Shown here: in pieces, positions 47,700 through 60,300 of the stretch
Layout: every line of letters begins with the position of its first letter
How positions within the stretch are numbered: the first letter of the stretch is position 1
DNA from: Selaginella moellendorffii
Taxonomy: Eukaryota > Plantae > Lycopodiophyta
Assembly: GCF_000143415.4 (NCBI RefSeq)
Contig: NW_003314327.1
Span: 25,116-89,115 of the forward strand
Length of the DNA stretch: 64,000 bases
Reading direction: 5' to 3'
Program-made: the position numbers and the translations under genes
Notes under the pieces: model-generated
The model's input: the letters and a program-made list of their open reading frames with translations, nothing else
The model's database searches: none
What the model was told of the DNA's origin: nothing

Positions 47700-48115
47700 T
47701 GAACTCTCGCGGCGGATTTTGACGAAGGCACTGCAATCCACACCCGAGCTTTCGAGCTAGGAATCGCCACTCCAGCAGTCGCGAGCTTGCACGCCAAGTG
47801 TGGGAGCCTGGATGCTGTTCGAGAAGAACCGTGAGAGGGATCTGGAACGCGATGGTTGGAGGGAGGGATGGAGTGGTGCTCGCGTCGTGCTCCTGTCGAG
47901 CGGGATGTTCTACGCGGGCTGGCGGAAGCGCGAGCACGGGGAGGCGGTGGAGAGCGAGCTGCTCGGGCGGTGTGGGAGGCTGGGCGAGGCCGAGGCGCTG
48001 CTCCGCAGTATGCCGCTGGAGCCCGATGGGTGACGCACAAGAGGAGGTGATCCGCGCGGACCGGGTTGGATCCCAGCGACGCTGCGACTTACGTGCTCAT
48101 CGAGCGCGGGAATTT
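47700..48115 (+). pseudogene. PPR remnant (copy D)
   Basis: LLGRCGRLGEAEALLRSMPLEPD. Homologous to 24290-24825. Confidence 0.72.
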
Positions 48116-48139
48116 TTGTGGTTCTAGGCTGGGTCGAGG

Positions 48140-49372
48140 ATGGGGAGAGCGGCGCCAATGCGGCAGCAATCGGTGGAGATCGAGGCCCTTGGATCGCTTT
48201 TCCAGGGCCCGTGGGAGAAGAGGTACTGGAGCAGCTCTCGGGTGAGGGATTTCTCTGGAGTCTAAGATTGTGCCCGATACTCCGGAGGTACTTCACGTGA
48301 GAGAAGAAGAACATAATTCACCAAATCTAGGCTAGAGCGTAAGTACAAATAGCTTCCTCATGAAATGCAGTGAGAATCTCATTTTTTTCTTTTGACGCAG
48401 TCAGCAGTCATTGTTGGGATCCAACTCAGAAGAAAATCAAAACAACTCGGACTTGTTTGCCAGCATGATATCTCTGCTACTTCCAAATGCCGAACGTGAT
48501 CCGAAGGCTGAACAATTTGCGACTGCCGCAATGAGATGCCTTTTGATAACAGGAGCTCTTTCTTTAGTCGCTGCTGGAGATGAAGGTTGTATCAAAGAAT
48601 GGCGCATGGATCCGTCTTGGAGGTAGTCGTTTTTCACGTTTGTATTTCCTTGCATTAATCACGTCCTATTCAGGCATTCTTTGTATGAAACAGATCTCCC
48701 TCCTGCAAGATATAACCCCAAGACTTTCCGGAGCATTTTAAAGCTATAAATCGTTCCTCAAGCACCTCACCTTGTTCTTGGATGTGACATGGATGGCTAC
48801 GTTGCAATCTGGTATTTCTAACTTTGGTTTGCATTTGTCCAAGAAACTCACTCTCTTTTTTATTACATCTTACAGGAATATCTCCAAAAAGCAGCTGCTT
48901 TCTTCATGCCACAACTTTTCCAGACATTCACGTCGTCGATCGTTCTTTGGTGGATGGTTTCATAGATCGAGACTACGATTGTTGTGTCTGGCTTCTGAAA
49001 AATGTTAAAGACGATGCGAAACGTCAGAACCTCTGGAGAATGGCCCTGCTAGAGAATAATGCCTTGTTTGTTGGCAGTGATCTTGCTAACAGGTATGAAA
49101 ATCTACTGGAACTTTTTGTTCATAACATTCGATTGCAGAATATGCTCAGCAGCCGTTGCTGGCACTGACGAGGGGCGAGTTTTTCTTTGGGAATTTTCCA
49201 CTGGAAAAAGGTGGTTGAAATGTTTGACCAAGGTATGAGATTCTTGTTTTTCAAGTCGTCTCTTATGCAAGCGTGCAATGTAGAATCGAAAATCGTACAA
49301 GTGAAAACTACAACGTCGTCGCGTTTGCTGGCAACTGTTGGAGAGGATGGGCGTGTTGTTCTGTATGTGTAG
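48140..49372 (+). pseudogene. Collapsed copy of the FYR/WD40 gene (copy D)
   Basis: Exon 1 (EIEALGSLFQGPWEKRYWSSSR) and the 3' exons are retained, with multi-hundred-bp deletions and frameshifts. Confidence 0.88.
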
Positions 49373-49405
49373 GAGGTATGGCAATGCAAGTTTGTAACTC
49401 GAGCT

Positions 49406-50932
49406 TCACTTTCCCTGAACTTTCAGTTCGGAATCTGAAAGGAGCGCTTCAGCAGCTCGTCTCCCTGACAGAAGTGCTCCGTCGAAAGTTGCTGAGACTC
49501 GGTGATCTCCGCACAGGTACAAACCTGCATCAACTTTTGGTTCTTTCGAGAGGTTGGTCGGTGGAGTCTGATCGGGTTGAGCAAACAAGATCCTGTATGT
49601 CTTCAAGTGCTGCCACTTCGCTACTGTTTCCCGCCCAAACCATTCCTCGAGCTCGGACCTCACTATTTTCTCAAGCTCGGCATCGGAACTGGTGGAATAT
49701 CTTCCGATCAATGTTACCGAGACGAGAGCTTTTCCAACAGGGGCGTACGAAGAGCAGACGCTGCTGGGAAAGCACATATTGTTGATGACGCCTTTGTCAG
49801 TGCCGTTCAAGAGCAGGACAGCTTCCTTGATTGGGGCTCTATCGGCAGAAAAGTAGAGGCAGACAGTGCTGCGAGCTGGCTTATCGGTGCTTTCGCAAGC
49901 TGTTTTGCTGCTCAGCAAACGAGCTGCTTCCGGACCTTCGACTGCCACTATTATCCCGTACTTGGACTTGACAACCTTTCCAGTATCAAGTCTCACCTTT
50001 GAAACTTTACCGTCTTCTCCGACAAGCAGCTCTTGTACTCGGGAGTTCAACTTGATTGATTCTTCTGGAAGGCTTCGAGCAAGCTGCTGTGATATTTCGC
50101 CGATGCCTTTAGCGGGAAGGCAGTTCTGTCCCAGAGCCAGGCACTTGAAGACGAAGTTAAAAAGCCGGGACGTGGTTTTCAGCTCTCTGTCGAAGAAGAT
50201 GCCACCGAAGAACGGTCGGAAGAATCGATCTATCATCTGCGAGGAAAAGCCGTCGGTCTTCAACTTTTCTCCGATCTCTACTTCAGGTGCCGAGACAAGT
50301 TTCTCAAATGGTTGTGATGCTGCTTGAAGCCTGACAATGCCGACGAGGATTTTGTCCTGAATAGTACCAATCGGATTACCAAGCGACAGTATGCCGTCGA
50401 CCAGGTGACGGAACGGGTCTGCCACTTTGTGAAAGCGTCCGTCAAACCAGACAAAGGCTCCGGCATAAAAGTTCTTGAGCTCCAGCGCTTGGTAGTCGAG
50501 AACTTCTGCAGCCTCCGGATATGCGGATATGAAGATCTGGAAGCCCCTGTCCAGGACGTAGCCTTGGACGGTGTCACTTCTCACTCGACCTCCAACTCCA
50601 TCCGACGCTTCAAGCAGCTGGAATGTGATGCCTTCTTTGTGCAAGCGTCGTGCTGCCGCGAGACCAGCAAGGCCTGCTCCAACTATTACAACGTCAACCT
50701 CTGGAGGAGAAACGTTATCAGCAGATTCAGATGCTCCATTCTCAGTTTTCCAAGGCTGGTCGACCGTCTGGACTGCTCGCAAGGAACTCGGGGATGGCTT
50801 AAGACGAGAGCAAAGTGCTACTTGGTTGTGGTGGTGCTGTTGCTGTACCTGGAAGCGGCAATTCGGATAGAGTGGGGATTCCCATCGACTAGGTGCCAAG
50901 GCTGCCAGGGCCACAGGTAATGTGATCGCCAT
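49406..50932 (-). CDS. Plastid-targeted FAD-dependent amine oxidase / phytoene-dehydrogenase-like oxidoreductase (At3g09580-like), intronless, intact
   Basis: 508 aa with a transit-peptide-like N-terminus, VIVGAGLAGLAAA, EASDGVGGRVRSD, LDRGFQIF and GDHRVSATFDGALLSG. Confidence 0.92.
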   Translation of the reverse strand: MAITLPVALAALAPSRWESPLYPNCRFQVQQQHHHNQVALCSRLKPSPSSLRAVQTVDQPWKTENGASESADNVSPPEVDVVIVGAGLAGLAAARRLHKEGITFQLLEASDGVGGRVRSDTVQGYVLDRGFQIFISAYPEAAEVLDYQALELKNFYAGAFVWFDGRFHKVADPFRHLVDGILSLGNPIGTIQDKILVGIVRLQAASQPFEKLVSAPEVEIGEKLKTDGFSSQMIDRFFRPFFGGIFFDRELKTTSRLFNFVFKCLALGQNCLPAKGIGEISQQLARSLPEESIKLNSRVQELLVGEDGKVSKVRLDTGKVVKSKYGIIVAVEGPEAARLLSSKTACESTDKPARSTVCLYFSADRAPIKEAVLLLNGTDKGVINNMCFPSSVCSSYAPVGKALVSVTLIGRYSTSSDAELEKIVRSELEEWFGRETVAKWQHLKTYRILFAQPDQTPPTNLSKEPKVDAGLYLCGDHRVSATFDGALLSGRRAAEALLSDSELKVQGK

Positions 50933-51026
50933 ACTCTCCAGTCACTTCGAAAGTTTTTTTTTAAGAGGTTCATATTGACGGCTTGGATTGCAGGACGAGA
51001 TCCAACGGGGGTGTTTTGGGAGTAGA

Positions 51027-52543
51027 ATGAGCAGCGCCCTTTTCCTGCGACTTCCCATTCTAGCGCGTGCAGGTGAAAGTTTGAGGCGCTGTGCTGCTCG
51101 CTCCGGAGTTCGAGATTTTGCAAGCATGCAGTCAGATGCAAGGAAACCGCCTTCGCAGGCTCCACCGGAGCCTCCGACTAGCAAGGTCAGTGGAAGTTTT
51201 ATTGTATCGGGATGCCCTCGTCACGTTACTTTTGGTTTTTGTGGCAGTTCAAGCTCGCCGTTTGCCAGCTCTCGATCTGTGCAGACAAGGAACAGAACAT
51301 CAGGCATGCTCGTGAAGCTATCCAGACGGCTGCTGATGGCGGCAGTAAACTGGTCCTTCTTCCAGTTAAGTTTTGTAGTTGTGTGTTCAGTCATAAGGAG
51401 AATGTGTTACAGGAAATGTGGAATTGCCCATACTCAAACGCGAGCTTTCCAATCTACGCGGAGGATATTGACGCAGGTGATTCTCCCTCTTCCAAAATGC
51501 TTTCGGATATGGCAAAGAGTAAGGAGGTTACCATCATCGGTGGCTCCATACCGGAACGAAGTGGCAATCATCTCTACAATACTTGCTGCATCTACGGAAA
51601 AGATGGCTCTCTAAAAGGAAAACATCGGAAGGTTTGCTTTTCTGAGGCGTCGTCTACGGTTTTTCTCAGCCCTCTTTCACACCAGGTTCACCTTTTTGAC
51701 ATCGATATACCAGGAAAGATACAGTTCAAAGAATCGGACACACTGAAGCCTGGAGATAAGTATACTGTTGTTGATACGGGTAAGGTCTTTCAGGCATTAC
51801 GACAAGAAAAAAAAACTCACATTGCTCATTGACGTAGATGTTGGACGAATCGGTGTTGGTATTTGCTATGACATTCGCTTTCCGGAGATGGCAATGACTT
51901 ACGCAGCACGAGGTACGAAGAAGGCTAGCCAGGTAGCTGCAGTGTATTAAAATTTATGTTGGTGCCAGGCGTACATATGATCTGCTATCCGGGAGCTTTC
52001 AACATGACTACGGGACCAGCGCATTGGGAACTCCTCCAGAAAGCCAGGTAACTCATTGTTTCTTTCTTGTTGGCTGCGGAATTTACTGGCAACGTTTTTT
52101 TTTTTTTGTTTTTTCAATTTCCAGAGCCGTAGACAATCAGGTAAGTATTTTTGATGTTTTGTCTTTCTTACTCTTTTTTTTTTTCTAGCTGTTTGTGGCC
52201 ACTTGCTCACCAGCCAGAAATCCAAGCGCGGGATATGTTGCTTGGGGACACTCCAGTGTCATTGGACCGGTAACATCATGCTGTTTTATCAATGCTTTTC
52301 TCAATCTGTCTGAATTTTTTAGTTCGGAGAAATACTGGCGTCAACAGGACGTGAAGAGGCGATTTTCTATGCAGACATCGACTATGCTCAGATCAAGGAA
52401 CGCAGGTGCTGTTCTTGTTTCTGGCATAACGGAGGTTTCTCAACCATTTTCTCTTTTCCTTTCCCGTTAGGATGAACATGCCTCTGGACCATCAGCGAAG
52501 AGGTGACTTGTATCAGCTCGTCGACTTGACCTTGGCAACATGA
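51027..52543 (+). CDS. NLP3: Omega-amidase (nitrilase-like NLP3/NIT2 type), multi-exon, intact
   Basis: FKLAVCQL, catalytic E (LP|EMWN), K (KHRK) and C ([10 protein letters not shown]), [31 protein letters not shown] at 52541-52543. Confidence 0.9.
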
Positions 52544-52791
52544 GCAGTTCCAGCAGTAGGAACAAGGAAAGTGTTCTGGGAAATAGATCGAGTAGTTGTT
52601 CTGAGAATATCCTCCCCTTGTCCGGGTGACGTGGGGTTAGTTTAACTGTCGGAAGTGTTCTTACCGCCGCAGCATGAGAGGAGAGCATCAGTGTCCGAGC
52701 GGCAGCAGGGTAACAGGTTATCCAGCAACAGGAGTGAGCACGTCCTAGACTCGTGGAGCTTTGCTTGAGGTGGTGGGATGAAGTGAGACGG

Positions 52792-54848
52792 ATGTGGAAG
52801 GACTATTGCTCGCGTTTGAAGGAAAGAAGCAGCGGTATGGGGGCGCTCAAGAACGACGACGTTCTCTACGACTACATTGCCAGAGCGGTACGTTTCTTAT
52901 TTAACAAGCTTTCTTATGTTTTCACTCTCTTATGTTTCAGAATCCCAACATTTACTTTCAGCCTCGAGCAGCGAAGCAGATGAAAGTGCCGCAGCCAGTT
53001 TTGTTCCCCGGATATCTCTGCCCGCTTGCCACTGAAGAGTTTGAGGAGGAAGAACCCACGCCTTCGCAAACTCAAGTAATTTGGAGTCCTTTGTTCGATG
53101 GCACTGAGCTCAAGCGCTTGGGTGGTGGGCTCAAAAGTGAGACGGCTATTGTACCTGAGCTTCCAGCTGGTTGGAGAACGGCCGAACAAAAATTGCTGGA
53201 AATGGGAGCTAGAAATGGGGATTATCTGGGACACACCGTTAGCAGTTGTTCTAGTAACTCGGAAGAGGAGCCGCCAACGGTTTGGACAAGCGCTCAGTGC
53301 TTGCTTCACATGAAGGATTTGACTGATCCACAAAGTGGGATAGAACAGGAGCAGGCGCCTGGAATCGCTGAGAGCTTTTTAGAGTATAACAGCTGCGAAC
53401 TAGGTGGGACAGACAAGCTTGACCACGTACCGGAGAACCTTCTCCTGGTTGACGATTACGAAGAGAAGCTCAAAAGCTATCACTCCGAAGTGAGTGTGGA
53501 AGAGAGCAGATATCAGACATGTAGTGGCGGGGATGGAAGCGTTTGCAGCGTTCTGAGTGCGGGTATCGGCCGTGGGAAGCTGAACAGCAGGGAGTCATTC
53601 AGGGAGGACGTTCTTTTGAGCGAGATCAGTGGAGGGGAGTCGTCCGAGACGAGGTCGTGCTCCACCGCCAACGACGACGGCAAGAGCTCAGTTCGAGGAG
53701 CCACTACCGGGCGCTCCAAGCTCTTGACTCCGGACGGCACGAAACAGGTGAAGCACGGAGACAGGAAAGCTAGGCGGGGATATCCTTACATTAGTTTGAA
53801 GGAAGAGGAGGTGGCAAAGGAATTTTCAAGGCCTCGAATTTGGAACAGCGGGGTTAACAGAGGACCGCTGCAGCAGAAAACGAGAAAGATGGTGGCGCAG
53901 ACACCTGGCAGAGGCGCAGAGACGACAAACAAGGAACAGAACGCCAAGAATCACAGCAAAACCAGCACCACTAGCAGCACCAGAAGGCCGCCCTGGTGCC
54001 TGCACAGCGTGAAGAGGAACCTCCACCACCACCATGGAACGCTGTCGGACCACGAAGTGACGTCGGCAGGATCCACAACCAACGAAGAGGAGACCAGAGG
54101 AGCGGCGATGCTGGCGGATACCAGAGATCAGAACACCGAATTGATATCGACTTTGGCGGAGATGAACAACCGGGAACTCAGGGTGCTGCAGTGCTCGGCT
54201 GCGATTATGCGTCACAACATCGGTGTTCTTCGTGACGACGTCAAGGTTTGCTCTTCCAAGAAGCTTTGATTTCTTTGACATGTTAAACATGCGAATGTGT
54301 GTGCTCCAGGGATTGCAAGGCTGCTTGGAAGGCAGAAAAGCCCGCTATTCGTGGTGGACGCTCTTCAAAGATTTTGTTGTTGCTGCTGGGCTCGTATCCG
54401 GGGCATTTGGTTTACGTACCGTCATCGACATGCTCAAGAGGACAGTTCGATATGGTGAGATTTTGTTTTGGATATATAGTCGGTAGAGCGTAACATCTAC
54501 CGTATTTTTTTCTTCCTTGAAGTCCCTCTCACACTCTTTTCTTCCAGGTGCATTGAACAAGCTAACAAACAAGCAAGAGAAGATGGCCTTGGCAGCCTTT
54601 GTTCTCACGGTTGGAGCACGCTTCGGCAAGCAGATATGGCGAGAACAGGTACACATACTGTTTGGATCTCGCAGGATAGATCGTGTAACTTATGGCTGGA
54701 TCTTTTCCAGGGAAATGCCAGCTCCCGGCGCGAGATAAAGCTACGGGAGCAACTGTCCAGGATTAACGAGAGGGTGTCTCTCATGTCGGACCTGGCTACC
54801 AGCGATCGCCAGCAAACAGTCGCCGCCGCCGCAGCAGAATCCGAGTGA
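52792..54848 (+). CDS. Uncharacterised protein 'gene X' (long acidic/disordered exon, C-terminal hydrophobic segments and coiled coil), multi-exon
   Basis: A 445-codon open exon flanked by consensus splice sites, followed by three small downstream exons that join in frame. The start codon is uncertain. Confidence 0.65.
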
Positions 54849-55440
54849 GAAGGAAATCTTCTCAAAGCAGATCCATCCGCGACCGCCAAGTCTTCCAACA
54901 AACAAGGACGGCGATCTGTGAGATACAAGATACAAGTTGGTGGAGGTTTGAAAGGCAAGAGCTTCCCGAGTTTGTGATTGATTATTCTTCTCTATTGTCC
55001 GTGAGAGGGAGGATCACAATGCCACCACAGATCATGGGTTTGACGATGTTGGTCCTCGTCAAAAGTACGTGCCGATGAACAGATATTTTGCATCCATGAT
55101 TCTGGTCTGTTAATTCTCTTGACTAACAAAGCACCAGATTCATTGAACAAGCTAAGACGCTTGAGGCAAAGCAGATATGTACACGCAGTCAGCAAGTCGC
55201 CTCTAGATCTCAACAGTCTTTCGAGTGACGCCGTGTTAAGCAAGGATTGTCAGATAGAAACAGAGTGGAACGAACCAAACAGTTGGGTCGTCCCTCCCCG
55301 TCCTCCAATGATCAACCTTACGTTCCATCGCGTGAAAAGCTGTAAAATAAAAAGAGATAAGAAAGGGGATCTTGAGCCTCATCAACGAAGCCAACTTGGT
55401 CCACTATGGATCAAAAATCTCCACGACTCTGGTACACGCA

Positions 55441-55462
55441 CTCTCTCTCTCTCTCTCTCTCT
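55441..55462. repeat. (CT)n microsatellite
   Basis: Run of CT dinucleotides. Confidence 0.9.
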
Positions 55463-57309
55463 GGGCGCTGCGGTGACTATAAAAATATCTATTTATCTAT
55501 CTATCTCGAAAAAAACTGAGTAAAACCTGAAAAACGAGGGAGAAAACAAAGAAACATCACCATTATAACGACCGCGTCTTCCAAGAAGCAAGAACGACGA
55601 TGATCATCAGGATTCAGGAACCCATTCATTTTCCCTTCTTCCTCTCATTTCCCTCCTTTTCGCCTTTAAAATATTCATCCTCATCATCCTGTAGGCCCTC
55701 CTCTATGTCTCTTTCAGCTGCGCTAGTGCGAGGTTGACAACCCAACTGGGACAAATCACAGAGCAGGGAAGAAGATCGCAGCAAAAAAGCCTAAAAAAAC
55801 ATTACAAATTTCCGATTTAAAAGAAAAGAGCATTCGAGTCGAGATCTCAAATCAACCGGCCAGGGAGGGCAGCAAGCAAGCAAGCAAGCAAGCCTGCTCT
55901 CTCTGATTCCTGCAAAAGCTGTGGATCCAATCCAATCACCGCAACAACAGCTAGAGTTGTAGAACACCACTTTCTTTAACCCTTTCTCTAAAACCCCTTT
56001 AAAACCCTTCTTATCAAGAAGAGCACTTTTGGCTCTCTTTCGCGCGTGGTTTCAGCAGCTGGGAAGCCCAAGAAAGGCATCAACAAATCCTCCTCTTCAC
56101 TTTTCAGTACAGGCCCATTTTTTTTAGGAATGACAACAGAGCATGCCTCTGAACGGCAATGATGATCCACCACCTTCTTTCCCCTTTCGCTGTAGTTGCT
56201 TTTTGATAACTCGATTAGATTCAAACCACAAGGAGGCGGGGAAAAGATTCCTGGGTGAAAATCGGATAAGAGGGTAGAAAGGTGGCGGGCCATATTTAGG
56301 GCTTGTTCATGCATGCGTTGTCTTGCTTCCGTCACCTTGAGCGTAGCTGCCTAGCGAGAGCTATTTCTTGGACGCGCGGTCAAGCCGGTCCACCTACACG
56401 ACCGAATTGGGAGGTGCGGAGCGTGAATGGGCAATGAATGTAGGATCATCGCTTCGTTTCGCATCGTCCCACAAGAACCATAGAAAGAAACGAGGAGCTA
56501 CGTACGCTCCTTGTAGGGTGGCAAGTAGTAAATTCCCGACCCGCAAGTACTTAGATACTTGCTCAGCTGCTACTCTATAGATACTAACTCGCGCGTCTTG
56601 ATTGAGATGAGCGCAGATTCCACTCGATTCGCCAGAGATACCCCCGCTGGAATCATATATCATCACGCGCTATGCTACATTCATTCAATGCGTAGACCCA
56701 GACGGGCAGACAAAGTAACAAGGCGAAGACACAGGGAAAGAAATAATCGCTCATACATACGATCAGAGGAGCAAATCTTTACGTTCCGAGAGAAAACTTT
56801 CGCAGCGAAGAGAGATTATCTCTGCAAAGCTCCTGGAACACAAAATCTAAGAAAGGAAAAGAGAGTACTTACTGACTGATGGACGAAGAGCAAGTTTTTA
56901 AGGAGGTGGTGCTTTCCCTGGCAAAAGCTTTTGTGTATGTACACAGCAAACAATCTTCCTTCCCCAAAAGGCTCGTCGATTGTCTCGCCATAGCTCGAAC
57001 AGCTCGCCTCTGTTTCTTCGCGGCTAACTCGCCCGTGTTATTCGATTCGATTCGTCGTGACTCGCGCCGCTCCAGAGAGAATTGCTGCTGTCGATGCGGC
57101 TGCTCCTGCTGCTGCTGCTTCTGGCTTTGCTGTAAGATGATGATAGTGAAGCTGTCGATGGTAACTTTCGATGGCTACAAAACTGGTACGAGTTGGAAAG
57201 AGAACCTTTGTCTCAAGCTTTCACGGGCGCCGTCGAGTTTCTGTCAGATCTCGTCCACCATGCTTGAAGTAGAAACGAGAAAACCGGGCCCTGATGATGG
57301 ATATATAAG

Positions 57310-60300
57310 TTAGAGCGGGATCAAGGGCGCCTGATCCCTGCGCTGCCGCTGCTGCTCCTCACGATCCTGATCCTCCCACTGCTGCTGGGATTCCACTGGA
57401 GTCTTGATAGATGAGTCCTTGAAGCTCCCACTCTTGCTGCTCTTGGGCAGGCCCCTCACGTCAACGAGCATCTGGACAACGTCTCGCATCGTTGGCCTGT
57501 CGGATGGATACTCCTCGCAGCAGATGAGAGCCACCCCGACAAGGCTCGTCACCTCGTGCACTGGCAGCTGCGAGCTCCGCAGCGTCGAGTCAACGATGCT
57601 CAGCACGCCATCCTTGGCTTCGTCCATCACCTTCTTAACCCACTTGACAATGCCCAGGCCGCTGTCACGGAACTCCTGCTCTGTCGGCTTGCGGCCGGTG
57701 ATGAGCTCCAGCAGCACCACGCCGAAGGAGAAGATGTCCGCCTTCTCGCTCACCTTGAGCGTGTATGCATACTCTATAAGCAAAACCAAAGAACACGATG
57801 AACATAAACAACAGAAAGAAGCGAAGGAAACTAAAGCACTTACCAGGAGCAATGTAGCCATATGAGCCGGCAATCGACGACATGGACTCGCACTTCCCGG
57901 CCGAGGACGCCTGGAAGAACTTCGCCAGCCCGAAATCCGCGACGTGAGCCTCAAACCCGGAGTCGAGCAAGATGTTGTTCGACTTGACGTCCCGGTGGAC
58001 GATGAGCGGCGAGCAGTCGTGGTGGAGGTAGCAAAGCCCGAAAGCCGACTGCACAGCAATGCTGTACCGCGTCGTCCAGTCCAGCAAGTTCCTCTTCTTG
58101 CTGTGAAGGAGCTCCCCCAAGCTCCCGTTTGGCATGTACTCGTAAACCAGCAAGTTGGTCTCCTCGTTGGAGCAGCATCCCAGCAGCTTGACGATGTTCC
58201 GGTGCCGGATCTTCCCAAGCGTCTGGATTTCTGCCGAGAAGCCGTGATCGTGAGAACCACTGCCTGTCTCATCCGAGGTGGCCTTACACAGCCTCTTCAC
58301 AGCCACCACCTCTCCATTCGGCATCTCGGCACGATAAACGGTCCCCGACCCGCCCCGACCAATGATGTTGTCCTCGATGAGCGAGTCGAGGACGTGCACG
58401 GCATCGAATTCCAGCCGCTGGAACGCCGTCAGCTTCCACCGCCGCCCCGTCGACTCCCGCCTTTGGCAAATGCTCAAGCACTCGATCTGTTCCCCCCCGT
58501 TGCCACGGACGAAGCACACCACCCCGACGATGAGGAAGAGCATTGCCGCGGAGAAGATGGACGCCACCACTGCCTTCCACAGCCGGGCTCTGGCGTGGCT
58601 GAGAGCCACGCCATCCCCATCCTGAGACGAGGAAGGATCTCCTCCTCCACACTTGAGCGACGCGCACAGCCCCGGGTTGCCGACGAAGGAACTCATGTTG
58701 AGCGATCCAAAGTGACCATCGCTGGGGACTGTCCCGGAGAAATCGTTGTATGAGAAGTCCGCCGATGTCAAGCTCTCCTGCCCGAGTATCTGCGGCGGAA
58801 TGCCTCCGCTGAGACGATTCCTGGAGACGTTGAGCAGCTCCAACACCTCCATCGATCCCAACTCCGCGGGAATGGGACCCGTGAGGCGATTGTCACTCAC
58901 ATCGAGATAGTTGAGCTTGCTGCATTGCGCGAGCTCGGCTGGAATCGCCCCGGAGAGACGGTTGCTGTGGAGATCGAGGTGGAGGAGATGCGAGAGCTGC
59001 CCAAGCTCCACCGGGATGCCACCCACGAACTGGTTGCTGTGGAGGAAGAGCTTCTGGAGACTGGGAAGCCGTGCCACCCCGGCAGGAATGGATCCCTGGA
59101 GTTCGTTCTGGGAGAGATCGAGGAAGTCGAGCAGCGGCGCGTCCACGATCGCGGGGATCATGCCCGTGAGCCGGTTATCCAGGAGCTCCAGCATCTCTAG
59201 CATCTTTAGTCCCAGCAGCCCCTCCGGGATCGGCCCAGTGAGATGGTTCCCTGCTAGTCTTACCTTGATCAAGCTCTTGCAGTGGCCCAGCGCCGGCGGG
59301 ATGGTTCCAGTGATCCCATTCTCGATCAGCACCAGCACCTCGAGCTGCCCACCTTTGCAAAGATTTGGAGGCAGCGGCCCCGTCAGAGGATTCGACGAGA
59401 CGTCCAGCTCCGTGAGGTTCATGTTCTCGCCGAGGCGCTGAGGGAGCTCACCGGTGAAGTTGTTCGTCCATAGCAGCAGAGCTTGCAAGTTGGGAAGATC
59501 GGCGACGAAGGCCGGGATCTCCCCCGACAGCCCATTGAGGAACAAGCTCAGCAGCTCCAAATTCTGGAGCTTGCGCAGCTCGATCGGTATCGCTCCAGTG
59601 AGATTGTTGTTGGAGAGATCCAGCGACTTCAAGTTGACGAGATCCCCGAGCTGGGGAGGGATCGGACCGCTGAGATGGTTTATCTGGAGGAAGAGCGAGT
59701 CCAAGTTGGAGAGATTCCCGAGCTCCGCCGGGATCACGCCCTCGAGGCCGCAGCTAGCAATGTCGAGCTTCTGGAGATTGAGAAGCCGGCCCAGCTCGGG
59801 AGGGATTCCTCCGGTGAAGTGATTGAAGTAGCCGAGGTAGAGCTCCTCGAGGCCGACGAGGTAGCCGAGCTCGGGAGGGATCGGGCCAACAAGGCAGTTG
59901 CCGCACAGCGCCAGGTAGCTCAAGCTCGTCATGTTGCCATAGCTGGGAGGGATCTCTCCCTCGAAGTAGCTCCCGCCCAGGTGAAGGTGGCGGAGATTGG
60001 GCAGCCGCGAGAGTTCGATTGGCAGAGGCCCGGAGAAATTGTTGTTGTAAGCATCCAGTACCTCGAGGAGCTGGAGATTGGAGAAGCGCCCCGGGAAATC
60101 CCCCGTGAAGGTGTTGTGGGAGACGTTGAGGAAGTGGAGGTCGTGCAGCGTGGCGAGCTCACTCGGGAGATTCCCTGTGAAGTTATTGACATCTAGCGTG
60201 AGATTGATGAGCTCGGTGAGGCGGCCGATGGAGGAAGAGAAGATGCCAGAGAGATTCTTGTTGGAGAGGTCGAGCGCCACGACGCGGGAGAGGCGATCGT

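Noticed and set aside
22486-54443. Assembly artefact as the explanation of the repeats
   Set aside because: The copies differ by many substitutions, nested shared deletions and private TE insertions, which is unlike collapsed or duplicated reads. Long reads would still be the decisive test.
55988-56335. CLE or DVL peptide gene, or conserved miRNA, next to the CLV1/BAM gene
   Set aside because: No CLE dodecapeptide, no convincing DVL motif, and no match to conserved miRNA sequences that I could recognise.
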